34,372 nucleotides of DNA from Planctomycetota bacterium (GCA_045863855.1 BTVV01000063.1:1-34372); one strand, 5' to 3'; shown: positions 18,401 through 27,461, numbered from the stretch's first letter. Translations and numbers: made by a program. Notes: generated by a model not told the origin, from the letters alone.

Positions 18401-18560
18401 CGATCTCGTCGGCGTGGTGCAGATGCCCAAAACCCTGCCCGTCTATTTCCTGATCTTGAACGCCAACGCCGGCGAACATGCGTGGCGTAACTTAAAGCTC
18501 ACGATTCGCCCCGAAGCCGCTTGGGCAAAAGCGGAAATCGAAAAGGCCGCAAAGCCGTAA
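15489..18560 (+). CDS. Transmembrane Ser/Thr protein kinase with MshEN-like N-terminus and large extracytoplasmic region
   Basis: Likely GTG start 15489 (AAGGA SD). GQGAMG, VALK, HRDIKPDN, DLGLA, GTPHYMSPEQ; TTGP repeats; TM VLAVTVAGGVGLALLLVLLML; Pro-rich linker; helical stalk; C-terminal beta-rich domain. Confidence 0.93.
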   Translation: MAEASEFSRANPSTRRRLFGAVAVMKGYCTQSQLDECLDAQGKLGEMGLPEKIGEILVKKAYLTREQLAEVLKDIQGNPTLAGFEILEKVGQGAMGAVFKARQISMHRIVALKILPKKLSANAVQKERFLRGAKMAARLNHPHIVGAIDIGESGPYTYFAMEFVEGRSTRDVVKERGKYGLQEGLELIRQISEALKYAHGQGLIHRDIKPDNVMLNTRNEAKLCDLGLARPAELEDDDAELTMAGKAIGTPHYMSPEQAKGARDIDHRVDLYALGATIYYLFGARTLFAGENPSLIMSKHLTESAPALNEVNPEVPAELALMVSKLLAKDPNDRYPDAGAFLADLDRLKKGEQIEAAAFNRPSSAAQPKLAARSGKRKAVNAGGTTGPRVPVGPKGTTGPRVPVGPRHTTGPVGAIGPIRVTTGPVTAVRPPVRGTARAGDERKKSNGTVLAVTVAGGVGLALLLVLLMLGGSPKEAAQQPKPPAQPLPPPKSAPIVQEPPATRPAAKTEVKNSEPPAAPVPTEPVPSPQPVAAPADQPPVPPQEPAPAQVEPAPQPAPPEPALPALPQPSAVDPALVALRARFLTELLTLTADDDLDKAHHKLRARARTPEFAPAAKLIEPDLKELEAAHKFETAALEALAKQEKELPLPEKLAKTFGADKAKVKAYDAARGIEVEVKGAGLYLTGKLLDAKRVVAASGAAGDGPEGALYLLMRGALDEARARIPALAEEVRAPLAEKLELMGAGEKEVLAQQSFAALQKSHDQKQWKTLADGIDAFRETHGATRFAQQKAPELEQWLKDIEKALIGENPWKRIFHAKEAKPLPNGFVELAYDFSDPGQLADFEGVPAALVLENGALKIPAGPPRDEFCFARFKAPIAELLRFHAEGRSLTGQKRVGPYFLEPGSNDGARAPRLLIRPYNRSPHIENFMSEADINQPCPRLIGKPFDITQDFAPISASVADGKWSWTVGADLVGVVQMPKTLPVYFLILNANAGEHAWRNLKLTIRPEAAWAKAEIEKAAKP
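16638..16780 (+). repeat. Four in-frame TTGP-containing repeats (12-13 aa) in the kinase juxtamembrane linker
   Basis: GTTGPRVPVGPK GTTGPRVPVGPR HTTGPVGAIGPIR VTTGPVTAV; synonymous codon differences between copies. Confidence 0.85.
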
Positions 18561-18636
18561 TTTTGGGGCATCAACTTCGCCCTTCCGAATACGCGCCCAC
18601 CGGCTATTTGACGGCTGCGGCGGAGCATTCCAAACG

Positions 18637-19191
18637 ATGTTGAATCACGTGGCCATCCTGGTGCCCTCGGTACATCGATGCGCGCAGCGGCTTGCGGCGC
18701 TAGGGCATCACGTGGGCGAGATCGAAGCACAACCCGCCGATGGCTCGAAGGAAGTATACGTCGGCCCGCCGGAAGCGGAAGGCGCCCTGTTGCTCGTCGA
18801 ACCCGTGGGGCCAGGGCCGTTCGAACGCGCACAGCGCAAACGCGGATTCGGGCTGCATCACGTCGCCATCGACGTGGACGATCCGGCGCAATACGCAGTC
18901 GAGATGGGCAAGTCAGGCTGGCTTTTGCATCCGAAAAGCATCGCTTACTTCGCACTAAACAAGACGCTCTTTTTGGCCAGACCCGGAGTATGCACTCTGG
19001 TGGAAGTCCAAGCAAAGCGCGCGATGAGCGGTCTGGCGCAAAAGTTCGTCACGGGCGTAGGGATTCGATGCGCACCCGAGTCGATGCATCTGGTTCACGC
19101 ATTGGGTGAGCCCGAGCTTCATGCCGTCCAAGGCGAGGCGGCTCTTGAGATTTGCGGCCATCCGCTGGCGCTCGACCTTTTGTCGAAATAG
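18637..19191 (+). CDS. VOC / glyoxalase family protein (methylmalonyl-CoA epimerase-like)
   Basis: LNHVAILV, LLLVEP.GPGP, GLHHVAIDVDD, TLVEVQ metal-binding motifs. Confidence 0.8.
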   Translation: MLNHVAILVPSVHRCAQRLAALGHHVGEIEAQPADGSKEVYVGPPEAEGALLLVEPVGPGPFERAQRKRGFGLHHVAIDVDDPAQYAVEMGKSGWLLHPKSIAYFALNKTLFLARPGVCTLVEVQAKRAMSGLAQKFVTGVGIRCAPESMHLVHALGEPELHAVQGEAALEICGHPLALDLLSK

Positions 19192-19429
19192 CCCCGCTTC
19201 GGCCGAATTGCTCAGAGCATCGATCTGCTTTACCCTCTACCCAAAGCAAAGAATAATTCGGTGCTGCTCATGTGCGATTTCACCGAATACGCGCCGAATG
19301 CGGCTGCAAATTCGAACGCACCGGCGTCATGCTATTAAGCGATACGTTGAAGATCGCGCTCGCTGCGCTACAACGGTCACGTCTGCGATTCGGCCGGCTC
19401 ACGGTTTCGGTCCACGAGATCCGCACCCC

Positions 19430-19840
19430 ATGAAGTTTTTCTTCTGCGAAAAGTGCGGGAAACGCCTCACCGACGCGGACGTGTCCGGCGGACAAGCGCG
19501 CGACAAGAAGCTCAAGGGCGTCTTCTGCAGCGATTGCTCCGTAGGCATCCTCACCATGGAACACGCGGCGCTCACCGAAGACGAAGCGCGCGTGGTGCTC
19601 ACCCGCGGCGCCGGCAAGGCCGCCGATCCGGCGGAAGCGGACAAGGCCTCCGCGCCCGCTCAGGCGGGACTGAAGTTCTTCTTCTGCGAAAAATGCGGCG
19701 CACGTTTGACCGACCGCGAGATCGCCGGCGGCCAGGCCAAGGATAAGAAGCTCCGAGGCGTCTTCTGCACGCCTTGCTCCGAAGGCGTACTGACGATGGA
19801 AACCATGCCGATGACGCAGGAGCAGGCGCGCGAGATGATC
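19430..19840 (+). repeat. Tandem duplication of a ~57-aa zinc-finger unit, 240 nt apart
   Basis: KFFFCEKCGKRLTDADVSGGQARDKKLKGVFCSDCSVGILTME (19430) versus KFFFCEKCGARLTDREIAGGQAKDKKLRGVFCTPCSEGVLTME (19670). Confidence 0.92.
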
Positions 19841-22540
19841 GCGTCCCATGCCGCCTCCGCGCCAAAACGGCAAAGCTCCGAGCAGAATATCTCCATCGCC
19901 GAACTCAAGAAGCGTAAGGGCAAGCCCTCGTCCAAACTCCGCGCCGGTCGAACCGATGGCGCGCCAAGAGCAGAACGGACCGACCGCGCAGCCTCAGGCA
20001 AGGGCTCGGCGGGCGTGGTTTACCTTTTGATCGGCGTGGCGGTGGCTCTGGTGCTCGGAGTGCTCCTGGTCGGTTCGGGAGGCGGCGGGCACACGGTAAC
20101 GGCCAAAAACAAATCCGGCGAGAGCGCCTCTGATTCGTCTGCGCCCCCCGCCCAGCTGCCTTCGCCCGTGCGAGCCGTCGAAACCGTGCCCCGGAATCCT
20201 CCCGACTCCAGGCAAGACGATCGGGAGGCGGAGGCGGCGCGAATGGCGCGAACCGAACTTCCAGATGCACCCGAAGCACCCGATGCGCCCGCGGCGGCGC
20301 AGCCCGCGGCGGAAGACCTCCCGGCCTGGTTCAAGGGTTTTAAAGCGGTCGGAGGAAATATCGAAGCCGACCAGAAGCATGCGGATCGCGACAACTCCCT
20401 TCAACTCACCGGTGCGGCCGACAAGAAGCCCGGGATCGTGGGCGTGGAAGGCTCTTTGCGCGTTCCCGAGGGGAAGCGCTGGCTGCGCCTGGCCATCCGC
20501 ACCGGCCGGACGCAAGCCCGTTTGGTGATCCGGGTGAACGGCGCGAAGTGGGTCGATGATCCCGTGACCGTGGGAGACTTCTCGGTCGCCTTCCTGGATC
20601 TCGAGGCGTTTTCCGGAAAAGAGATCGGAGTGGCCTGGGGCGTGTTGTACCTCGAAGATTCGGGCCGCACGCGTATCTGGCAGCCGCTTTTCGAATCTGC
20701 CGTGCCCGCCGGAATCGTGCCGCGCAAGGGACCGCTCGCAGACGAGGCCGTGGCGTCCGTTGCTCCCGTGGCCGAACCGAAGCCCGCCGCACCGCAAGCC
20801 TCCCAACCGGCCGCCTACGTCCGCTTTCAACGCGGTTTCGTCGAACGACTCCGTGCCGGAGACACCGCCGCGGCCCGGAAAGCCTTCGACGCCGCGGTGC
20901 AGGATGCCGCGCTCAAGAGCATGTCCGAGCGCGTCGCGCGGCATGCCCTCGCGCTGCAATGGCTCGAGGACCTGGATCGAGCGGTCATTTTGGGCGCCGA
21001 AAAGTTAAAAGAGGTCGATCTGATCGAACTGAAAATGAAGATCGGCAAGCCCATGAAGGTGGGCAAGCGTACGGAATACCAGATCCTCTCCTTTAAGGAC
21101 GGCGCCTTTCAGGTCGGAACCAAGCAGATGTCGATGGCATTGAAACTCGACAGTCTGCATCCGGAGATGCTGGCTCAGTTGCGCGAGTCGGGCCTCGGCG
21201 ATGACGGCGCCGGTTGGATGCGCCGCGCGTTTGCACGATTCCTAAGCTTGAGCGATCCGGAGGCCGACCTCACTCCCGTCTCCGAATGGCTCGAAAAGGC
21301 GCGCAATCTGAAGGCCCCGACCGAAGAACTCGCGTACCTGGCCGATCTGCTGGAAACCGAACGAGCCGAACGCGCCGCGGTCAGCGCCTTCGCGAAACTC
21401 ATGGAATTCTTCGAGACCAGCCAGTGGCGTGCATACCAGCAGGCCTTTGCCGATTTCAAGGCCGCGCACGCGAATTCGCTTACGGCCTTCGAAAAACTGC
21501 CCGAATTGGAAGCACGGCTAACGAAAGCCGCCGCCGAATCGATGGAGCCGTTCAAGTCCCCGCTAAAAGGCCCCGAGGACTTCGACTGGGAGGCCTATGG
21601 GCACGCTTCCGGCGACAAGATGGTCCAATTCACCGATCGCCGCCTGAAGGGCCGCGACGATTTGCAGTACCTCGTCTGGACCCACGCCTCGGCCCATGTG
21701 CAGCGTGACGCGCCGCAAGGTATCCCGTTCAACAACGGAGCCGATTCGCATTTGCGCTTCGGGTTCGTCCGCGCGGTCCCGGTCTCGACCCTTGTCGCCA
21801 AAGCCATGACCTGTTCCTTCAGCGTCCTGAAACCCGACGCGCCGTACCCGGGCGACGTGAAAAATGAAGGGCATTGGTTGCCCGCACGGCCCATCGCCGA
21901 CGACGACCAGACCGTCTTCACCTTGCCGCCCGGTACCACGACGCGCGCGTTGCGCGTCTCCAACAAGGACGGCAAACAGGCCTGGTTCTTTGGCGTCCGC
22001 ATCTTCGCGGGGCTCTACACCAATGTCGCGCGCGGCGTGAAAACCAGCAGCAACTTCGAACAGGACAAAACGAATCGGCTCGTCAACGGCATCTCGGAAA
22101 CGGGCGGAGAATTCTTCGAATCGAAAGGCTGGGACAACGGCGACCAAGGTACGCCCGAAAACGTCAGCGATAAAAACCAAGCCATCGTCATGCTCTACTG
22201 GGATAAACCGGTACAGGCTCAAGCGCTGCTGCTCAACAACCCCGGCTTCGACCACGCCGAGATTTATACCTACAGCGGGCCCAATTCGGTGCGGTCCACC
22301 GCGGGCTCCTGGAAGCACTGGGGCCGCGTCGATTGCCACATTCAGTTTCCGCGCGCATTCCCGCTCCTCACCAAAGATCTCGGTAAGCCCGTCGAGATCA
22401 CCGGCCTGCGCCTGGTCATCCCCAAGCCTTTCTACGAACCGCGCATCCATCCCAACACCGCCAACGGACGCTGCTGCGGAGGCAAGCGGGTCTGGCTCGA
22501 CGAAGTCATCCTGCTGGGTCCGGTCTTGCCCGGGCTTTGA
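19430..22540 (+). CDS. Single-pass membrane protein with tandem N-terminal Cys4 zinc fingers and extracytoplasmic beta-sandwich (discoidin/CBM-like) domains
   Basis: Start ATG 19430 (MKFFFCEKCGKRL); the ORF-track extension overlaps the VOC gene. Two CxxC-x23-CxxC units, TM GVVYLLIGVAVALVLGVLLV, Pro/Ala linker, stalk, C-terminal NVARG..RLVNG..W..IVMLYWDKPV..ITGLRLVI..WLDEV pattern resembling the F5/8 fold. Confidence 0.85.
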   Translation: MKFFFCEKCGKRLTDADVSGGQARDKKLKGVFCSDCSVGILTMEHAALTEDEARVVLTRGAGKAADPAEADKASAPAQAGLKFFFCEKCGARLTDREIAGGQAKDKKLRGVFCTPCSEGVLTMETMPMTQEQAREMIASHAASAPKRQSSEQNISIAELKKRKGKPSSKLRAGRTDGAPRAERTDRAASGKGSAGVVYLLIGVAVALVLGVLLVGSGGGGHTVTAKNKSGESASDSSAPPAQLPSPVRAVETVPRNPPDSRQDDREAEAARMARTELPDAPEAPDAPAAAQPAAEDLPAWFKGFKAVGGNIEADQKHADRDNSLQLTGAADKKPGIVGVEGSLRVPEGKRWLRLAIRTGRTQARLVIRVNGAKWVDDPVTVGDFSVAFLDLEAFSGKEIGVAWGVLYLEDSGRTRIWQPLFESAVPAGIVPRKGPLADEAVASVAPVAEPKPAAPQASQPAAYVRFQRGFVERLRAGDTAAARKAFDAAVQDAALKSMSERVARHALALQWLEDLDRAVILGAEKLKEVDLIELKMKIGKPMKVGKRTEYQILSFKDGAFQVGTKQMSMALKLDSLHPEMLAQLRESGLGDDGAGWMRRAFARFLSLSDPEADLTPVSEWLEKARNLKAPTEELAYLADLLETERAERAAVSAFAKLMEFFETSQWRAYQQAFADFKAAHANSLTAFEKLPELEARLTKAAAESMEPFKSPLKGPEDFDWEAYGHASGDKMVQFTDRRLKGRDDLQYLVWTHASAHVQRDAPQGIPFNNGADSHLRFGFVRAVPVSTLVAKAMTCSFSVLKPDAPYPGDVKNEGHWLPARPIADDDQTVFTLPPGTTTRALRVSNKDGKQAWFFGVRIFAGLYTNVARGVKTSSNFEQDKTNRLVNGISETGGEFFESKGWDNGDQGTPENVSDKNQAIVMLYWDKPVQAQALLLNNPGFDHAEIYTYSGPNSVRSTAGSWKHWGRVDCHIQFPRAFPLLTKDLGKPVEITGLRLVIPKPFYEPRIHPNTANGRCCGGKRVWLDEVILLGPVLPGL

Positions 22541-22549
22541 CGCCCCATT

Positions 22550-22657
22550 CAGGTATACATCAAGTACAAAATTCCATGATTATCATGTAAGTATATAATT
22601 ATAATGTGTTTATAAGTTAAATCTAATCTTAAAAATGTTATACCTGATACATACCTG
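22550..22657. promoter_or_regulatory. AT-rich promoter flanked by two inverted 20-bp candidate operators
   Basis: Reverse complement of 22550-22569 (TTGTACTTGATGTATACCTG) matches 22638-22657 (TTATACCTGATACATACCTG) at 16/20; tandem TATAAT at 22594 and 22600 lie between them. Confidence 0.6.
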
Positions 22658-22673
22658 CGGTGTATGCGCAAGT

Positions 22674-23765
22674 ATGATGAAGATCCAGCGCTCAGGCTCC
22701 CTGCCCTGCTATCGCCAAGTCGAAGCCTGGCTGAGAACCGAGATCGAATCCGGCCGGCTCCTTCCCGACGCGGCCGTCCCCGAAGAGCGGGAACTCGCCA
22801 AACGCATGGGCCTGAGCCGTATGACCGTGCGCCGCGCCCTCGTCACGCTCACCGACGAAGGACTGCTCTACCGCATCCGCGGGCGCGGAACCTACGTCAA
22901 AGCCTCGGCGGCCCCGGCCGTACGCGCTCTGGATACGGTGGGAATCGTGGCGCCCTTCGGGCAGTCCGAATTGCGCGAAAGCTTCTTTTATTACCGCATC
23001 ATGGAAGGGCTGCAGTCGGCCACCGGCGCCTACGGCTTGGCGCTGGTCTATCGCCCGCTGGCCGCGCCGTTCGCGGCCTTCGCCGACACGCTGGTTCGAG
23101 AATCGAGCGCGCGAGCGTTGGTTGCGTTGGGCATCGTGGATCCCGAAGTCCTCGGCGCCCTGGCCGCCCAAAACGTTCCGCTGATCCTGGTGGACAGCAG
23201 CCAGCCGCCCGGTCCGCACCCTTGCGATGCCGTGACACACGAAGGCCGTCTCAGCGCCGAACAGGCGGTGCGCCACTTACTCGAACGCGGGCATCGCAAG
23301 ATCGGACTCTTGACCTACGGGCCCACCCCGGCTTCCTCAGCCCGCGAAGCCGGTTACCGCCTCGCCATGGCCAGCCGCAGGGTCGAACTCCGGCCCGAAT
23401 GGATCGTCTACGCCGAATGCAACGGCGCCGCGGCCTACGCCGCCGCGCGCAGCATGCTGCGCGAACCGGATCCCGTCACCGCTTTGTTCTGCACCACCGA
23501 CGAGATGGCCATGGGCGCCATCGCCGCCGCGAAAGATCACGGCTGGCAAGTGCCGCGCGACCTGAGCGTCATCGGCTTCGGGGATCTGGGATACTTCTGC
23601 CAGCCCGCGCTCTCCTCGGTGCGCATGCCCCTCGAAGAGATGGGCCGCAAGGCCGCGGAACTCCTGCGCGCGCGGATCGACGATCCTGCCGCCGCGCCCG
23701 TCACCGCGTGCTTCCCGTCCGAATTCGTGGCCCGCGCCAGCACCGATTTTCCGCGCGCCGGTTGA
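22674..23765 (+). CDS. GntR-type wHTH / LacI-type sugar-binding domain transcriptional regulator (AraR-like architecture)
   Basis: Start ATG 22674/22677. PEERELAKRMGLSRMTVRRAL..L..EGLLYRIRGRGTYV (GntR HTH) then HLLERGHRKIG, TALFCTTDEMAMGA, VPRDLSVIGFGD, PALSSVR (LacI/GalR effector domain). Confidence 0.92.
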   Translation: MMKIQRSGSLPCYRQVEAWLRTEIESGRLLPDAAVPEERELAKRMGLSRMTVRRALVTLTDEGLLYRIRGRGTYVKASAAPAVRALDTVGIVAPFGQSELRESFFYYRIMEGLQSATGAYGLALVYRPLAAPFAAFADTLVRESSARALVALGIVDPEVLGALAAQNVPLILVDSSQPPGPHPCDAVTHEGRLSAEQAVRHLLERGHRKIGLLTYGPTPASSAREAGYRLAMASRRVELRPEWIVYAECNGAAAYAAARSMLREPDPVTALFCTTDEMAMGAIAAAKDHGWQVPRDLSVIGFGDLGYFCQPALSSVRMPLEEMGRKAAELLRARIDDPAAAPVTACFPSEFVARASTDFPRAG

Positions 23766-23807
23766 CCGCCCTGGGAATCGCCGGCGCCTGACCGAAAGGA
23801 TCTGAAC

Positions 23808-26573
23808 ATGAAACGACCGTGCCTCGTTCTCCTGGCCTTGGCCCTGCTCGCTTGTGCGAGCGCGCTACAGGCCGGCGAATCGCCGCTCATCGCCGGCGAC
23901 TTCGAATCCGGCTCGCCCAAACCGTTCGACGGCAAAGGCGGCGCGCAGATCGTCTCCGAACACGCCGCGCAAGGCGCCAAAGCCCTCAAACTCCCCGCCG
24001 GCGCATGGCAGCACGCCGATCCGGCTTCGGGATTGCCCGCGGATTGGTCGGCATTCGATCTGGTCAAGTTCGAGGTTTTCAACCCGGACGCAAAGACCGT
24101 CAAACTGGTCCTCCAGCTTCGCGACGCCAAAGACCAGGGCTACTGGTCCTGGCATAATCGCTACGTGGCGCTCCTGCCGGGCGCCAACACCGTTCAATTC
24201 GCCGTGGCCGATCTTTGGCGCGGCGAGATCCTGCGCAACGACATGGGCGGTTCCCTCGATCCGCGCGCCATCACGGCCTTGAACCTCCTCGCCGAAGGCG
24301 ACGTGGTGCTCGACGCCTTGCGCCTCGAACGTTTCGCCGCGCCGAAGGTCGACGTACCCGGCCTGCGCGCTTACAAGATCGGACCCGCCGCCGCGCCCGG
24401 CTTCCCGGGCTTCGTAAAGCTGAACGAAAAAGATCTCTACCGAAAAGAGTCCGGCGTCGGCTGGCTCAAAGCCGGGTTCATGCGCCTCGAGGACCGCAAG
24501 CACCCGGACAACCTTTACCGCTCGTACCTCTCCTGCAGCGACGCCGAACTGGCCGTCGATCTGCCCAACGGAAGCTATCGTGTGCATCTCCAGCTCGAAG
24601 ACGCGGGCTACTGGGAGTTCATGCAGCATTACACGCGCCGCGAAGTCCTCGCCGAAGGCCGGACGGTCCTCGACGAATCCATGAACGCGGAAGAATTCCA
24701 GCGCCGTTACTTTCGCCATCAAGATGCCGACGACCTTCCGGGCGAGGATCCGTTCGACAAGTACGTCGAGCCGCGCTTCCCGTGGCGAACCTTCGATGCC
24801 GAGGTCAAAGACGGCCAGCTCAATCTCCAGTTCCGTTCACCAGACATGTACGGAAATACGCTCTCCGCCGTCGTCCTCTACCCCGCCGAGCACGCCACGC
24901 AAGGCGAGGCCTTCTTGAAATACGTCAAGGAACTGCGGCGCTTCGATTGGGCGCAGCGCTGGAAACCCGTCTCCAAACCTCCCGCACTACCCGTGTTCGC
25001 GGGGCAAGCCGCGCAAGCGGCCGTCCGCGACGGCTTCGTCCTGTACCGAACCTCCCCCTATGCGGGCGGCGACGACGTTCAAACCTACGACCACGTGCCC
25101 GCCGAGGCCGAACTCCTCGACCGTCTCGATGCCGCGGCGGCCCAAGGCGAAAGCGAACCGGCCTCCTTTGCGCTGCGGCCCGCCAAACCCCTCGGCAAAC
25201 TGGACGTCACGCTCTCGCCCCTCGTCAATGCCCAAGGCCGGGCCTTGCCCGAAAGCGCCTGTTCGATCTGGACCGGGCGCTACCGCTTCACGCGCCATCA
25301 GGGCCATCAGTCGGGTCTCTACGCGCTATGCGAACGCGAGTTGCGCCCCTTCAATCGCACTCCCGCCGATACGCTGACCTCCGATCACGGGCTCGCTCGG
25401 CGCTTCTGGATCCATGTGGCCGTGCCCGCCGACGCCATCCCGGGCACGTATACCGCCACACTGACCGTCAAAGCCGAACACGGCGGAACCCGCGCCCTCC
25501 CCTTTCAGCTCCGCGTCCTTCCCTTTGCCCTGCCCGATCCCGGGCATCTTTTCACCCTCTACGGAATCGAGATCATGCCTCCGGCCTACTACCCGCGGCC
25601 GCCGGCGGAACGCTTGGCGCAGCGCGAAGCCGTGTACCGCGATCTGCGCGATCACGGCATCAATTACATCAAGGATCTGAACGTCAAAACCGCCTGGAAG
25701 GACGGCAAGGCCTCCGTCGCCAACGCGGCCGAAATCGCAGAAGAACTCGCACTGCGCAAGCGCCTGGGATTCCTGTCCGGCCCCGTGGACGCCCCCGGCG
25801 GAGCATCGCTCGACGAACTCGCCGGCGGCGGTGCCATCAAAGGCATGCCGCGCGAACAATTCATCGCCGCATGGCACCTGGAACTGACCCGCTACTTCCA
25901 AGCCCAGGACTGGCCCAAGCCGTTCTTCTGCTACGGGGACGAACCGAACCTCGCGGAAACCCTGAACAAGCTCGTCGCCGTCAACCAAGCCGTGCACGCC
26001 GTCTCGCCCGACATCTGGATGGGCATCGCCTACCACACGCAAAGCCCCGAAAGCTACGCGCTCCTCGACTCCCTCGACGTCCACCACCTGAAGGATTTCT
26101 GCAAGGTCGAGGACTTTGCGCGCGCCAAAAAGGCCGGGAAGTTCCTGCTCAACTGCAACGTCGGCAGCCACCGCGCCGCCTACGGACTGCGCGCATGGCG
26201 CGCCATGCACGAACGCCGCACCGACGGCCTGATCACCTATTCCTACACCGGAAACCATGTCGATCCGTACTACGACCTCGACGCCCGCGAAGGCGACTTC
26301 CTGCTCGCCCCGCCGCGCGCCGACGGCACCTTCGTCACCACCGCGCGCTGGGAACGCATCCGCGAAGGCATCGACGACTTCCGCTACGCCCGGGCGCTCG
26401 AAGCCCTCGCCCGCCGCGCGCAAACCTCCTCCGATCAGCGCGCCGCCGCCGAGAAGCTCCTCGCTCAAGCCCTGGAGATCGGCGCCGTAGCCCAACTGGA
26501 TCAAGCCCACCGCCAAGCCGAGGCGTGGCGCACCCTGGCGCAGGAAATCCTGGCCCAGGCCGCCAAGCCCTGA
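23808..26573 (+). CDS. Secreted multidomain putative glycoside hydrolase (GH123/DUF4091-like)
   Basis: Signal peptide MKRPCLVLLALALLACASALQA; CBM-like LPADWSAFDLVKFEVFNP; AQGESEPASFAL; WIHVAVPADAIPGTYTATL..LRVLPFALP; YGDEP; RWERIREGIDDFRY. Confidence 0.8.
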   Translation: MKRPCLVLLALALLACASALQAGESPLIAGDFESGSPKPFDGKGGAQIVSEHAAQGAKALKLPAGAWQHADPASGLPADWSAFDLVKFEVFNPDAKTVKLVLQLRDAKDQGYWSWHNRYVALLPGANTVQFAVADLWRGEILRNDMGGSLDPRAITALNLLAEGDVVLDALRLERFAAPKVDVPGLRAYKIGPAAAPGFPGFVKLNEKDLYRKESGVGWLKAGFMRLEDRKHPDNLYRSYLSCSDAELAVDLPNGSYRVHLQLEDAGYWEFMQHYTRREVLAEGRTVLDESMNAEEFQRRYFRHQDADDLPGEDPFDKYVEPRFPWRTFDAEVKDGQLNLQFRSPDMYGNTLSAVVLYPAEHATQGEAFLKYVKELRRFDWAQRWKPVSKPPALPVFAGQAAQAAVRDGFVLYRTSPYAGGDDVQTYDHVPAEAELLDRLDAAAAQGESEPASFALRPAKPLGKLDVTLSPLVNAQGRALPESACSIWTGRYRFTRHQGHQSGLYALCERELRPFNRTPADTLTSDHGLARRFWIHVAVPADAIPGTYTATLTVKAEHGGTRALPFQLRVLPFALPDPGHLFTLYGIEIMPPAYYPRPPAERLAQREAVYRDLRDHGINYIKDLNVKTAWKDGKASVANAAEIAEELALRKRLGFLSGPVDAPGGASLDELAGGGAIKGMPREQFIAAWHLELTRYFQAQDWPKPFFCYGDEPNLAETLNKLVAVNQAVHAVSPDIWMGIAYHTQSPESYALLDSLDVHHLKDFCKVEDFARAKKAGKFLLNCNVGSHRAAYGLRAWRAMHERRTDGLITYSYTGNHVDPYYDLDAREGDFLLAPPRADGTFVTTARWERIREGIDDFRYARALEALARRAQTSSDQRAAAEKLLAQALEIGAVAQLDQAHRQAEAWRTLAQEILAQAAKP

Positions 26574-26611
26574 AAAAGAAGCGGGCGGCTCCTTCAGGGG
26601 CCGCCCGCTTT
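26574..26611. terminator. Bidirectional intrinsic terminator
   Basis: AAAAAG-AAGCGGGCGGCTCC-TTCA-GGGGCCGCCCGCTT-T between convergent genes. Confidence 0.85.
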
Positions 26612-26636
26612 ACGAAGTCGAAAGACCTTCCCGCCG

Positions 26637-27461
26637 TCAATGCGCCAGCGTCTTGACCGCCTTGCGCTGAGCGGCGCTCGCTTCCTGCCAGGCCTTGTGA
26701 ACCTGCGTCGGATCGCCGTACTCGTTCCCCGCCAGATCCCGGCCCCGGGCCAGGTAAATCTGGTGCAGGCGGTTCCCGCCGGCGCCCGCTTCGAACTTCG
26801 ACGAAGCCGGCGCGTAGCGCATCGTGTACCCGCAGCGCCGCTGCGTGCTCGTGTTGAAGTTCGAACCGTGAATCGTCTTGGCGTGGTGGAACGAGCACGT
26901 GTTGGGCTTCAGCACGCAATCCACCGCCGCGGCTTCGTTGAACCGGCCGCGCTTGATCTCCGTCCCGAAAACGTGCTTCTCCGGCTGCGCCACCGGGTCG
27001 TATTCCGAATACCCGTTCCGGCTCGTCCCGGGGATCACCCGCATGCAGCCGTTCTCCGTCGTCGCCGGATCGATCGCCAGCCAGATCGTCACCACCTCCA
27101 TCGGATCCAGCCGCTTGCCCCAGTACGCGCTGTCTTCGTGCCATGGCACCCGCTTGCCCGTTCCCGCAGGCTTGCAGATGAAGTGCGACGACCAGAGCAT
27201 GATGTCCGGCCCGATCAGCGATTCGACCAGATCCAGCACGCTGTCGTCCAGCAGCCACTTGAACAGTTCGATATCCGTGAAGTGCGGCACGTCCATATGT
27301 TCCGGCGTCTTCCCCGACGTCGCTTCCCAAAGCACCAGTTGCTCCTCGAAATGCGCCTTCAGCGCATCGAACTTCGACTGCGGAAAAACGGGCTCATCGT
27401 AGAGCAGATAGCCTTCGCGTTTGTAGAAGGCTGCTTGTTCGGGACTGAGTCGGCCGGCCAT
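26637..27461 (-). CDS. Phytanoyl-CoA dioxygenase (PhyH) family Fe(II)/2-oxoglutarate dioxygenase
   Basis: FYKREGYL, FICKPAG, PWHEDSAYW (HxD), TIWLAIDPATTENGCMRVIPG, HHAKTIHGS, RRCGYTMRY. Confidence 0.92.
   Translation of the reverse strand: MAGRLSPEQAAFYKREGYLLYDEPVFPQSKFDALKAHFEEQLVLWEATSGKTPEHMDVPHFTDIELFKWLLDDSVLDLVESLIGPDIMLWSSHFICKPAGTGKRVPWHEDSAYWGKRLDPMEVVTIWLAIDPATTENGCMRVIPGTSRNGYSEYDPVAQPEKHVFGTEIKRGRFNEAAAVDCVLKPNTCSFHHAKTIHGSNFNTSTQRRCGYTMRYAPASSKFEAGAGGNRLHQIYLARGRDLAGNEYGDPTQVHKAWQEASAAQRKAVKTLAH

Noticed and set aside
19106..19429. N-terminal extension of the 1144-aa ORF
   Set aside because: Overlaps the VOC gene and has non-coding-like composition; the repeat unit begins exactly at ATG 19430.
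24215..26656. 813-aa + strand ORF
   Set aside because: Arg/Pro-rich alternate frame overlapping the glycoside-hydrolase-like gene.
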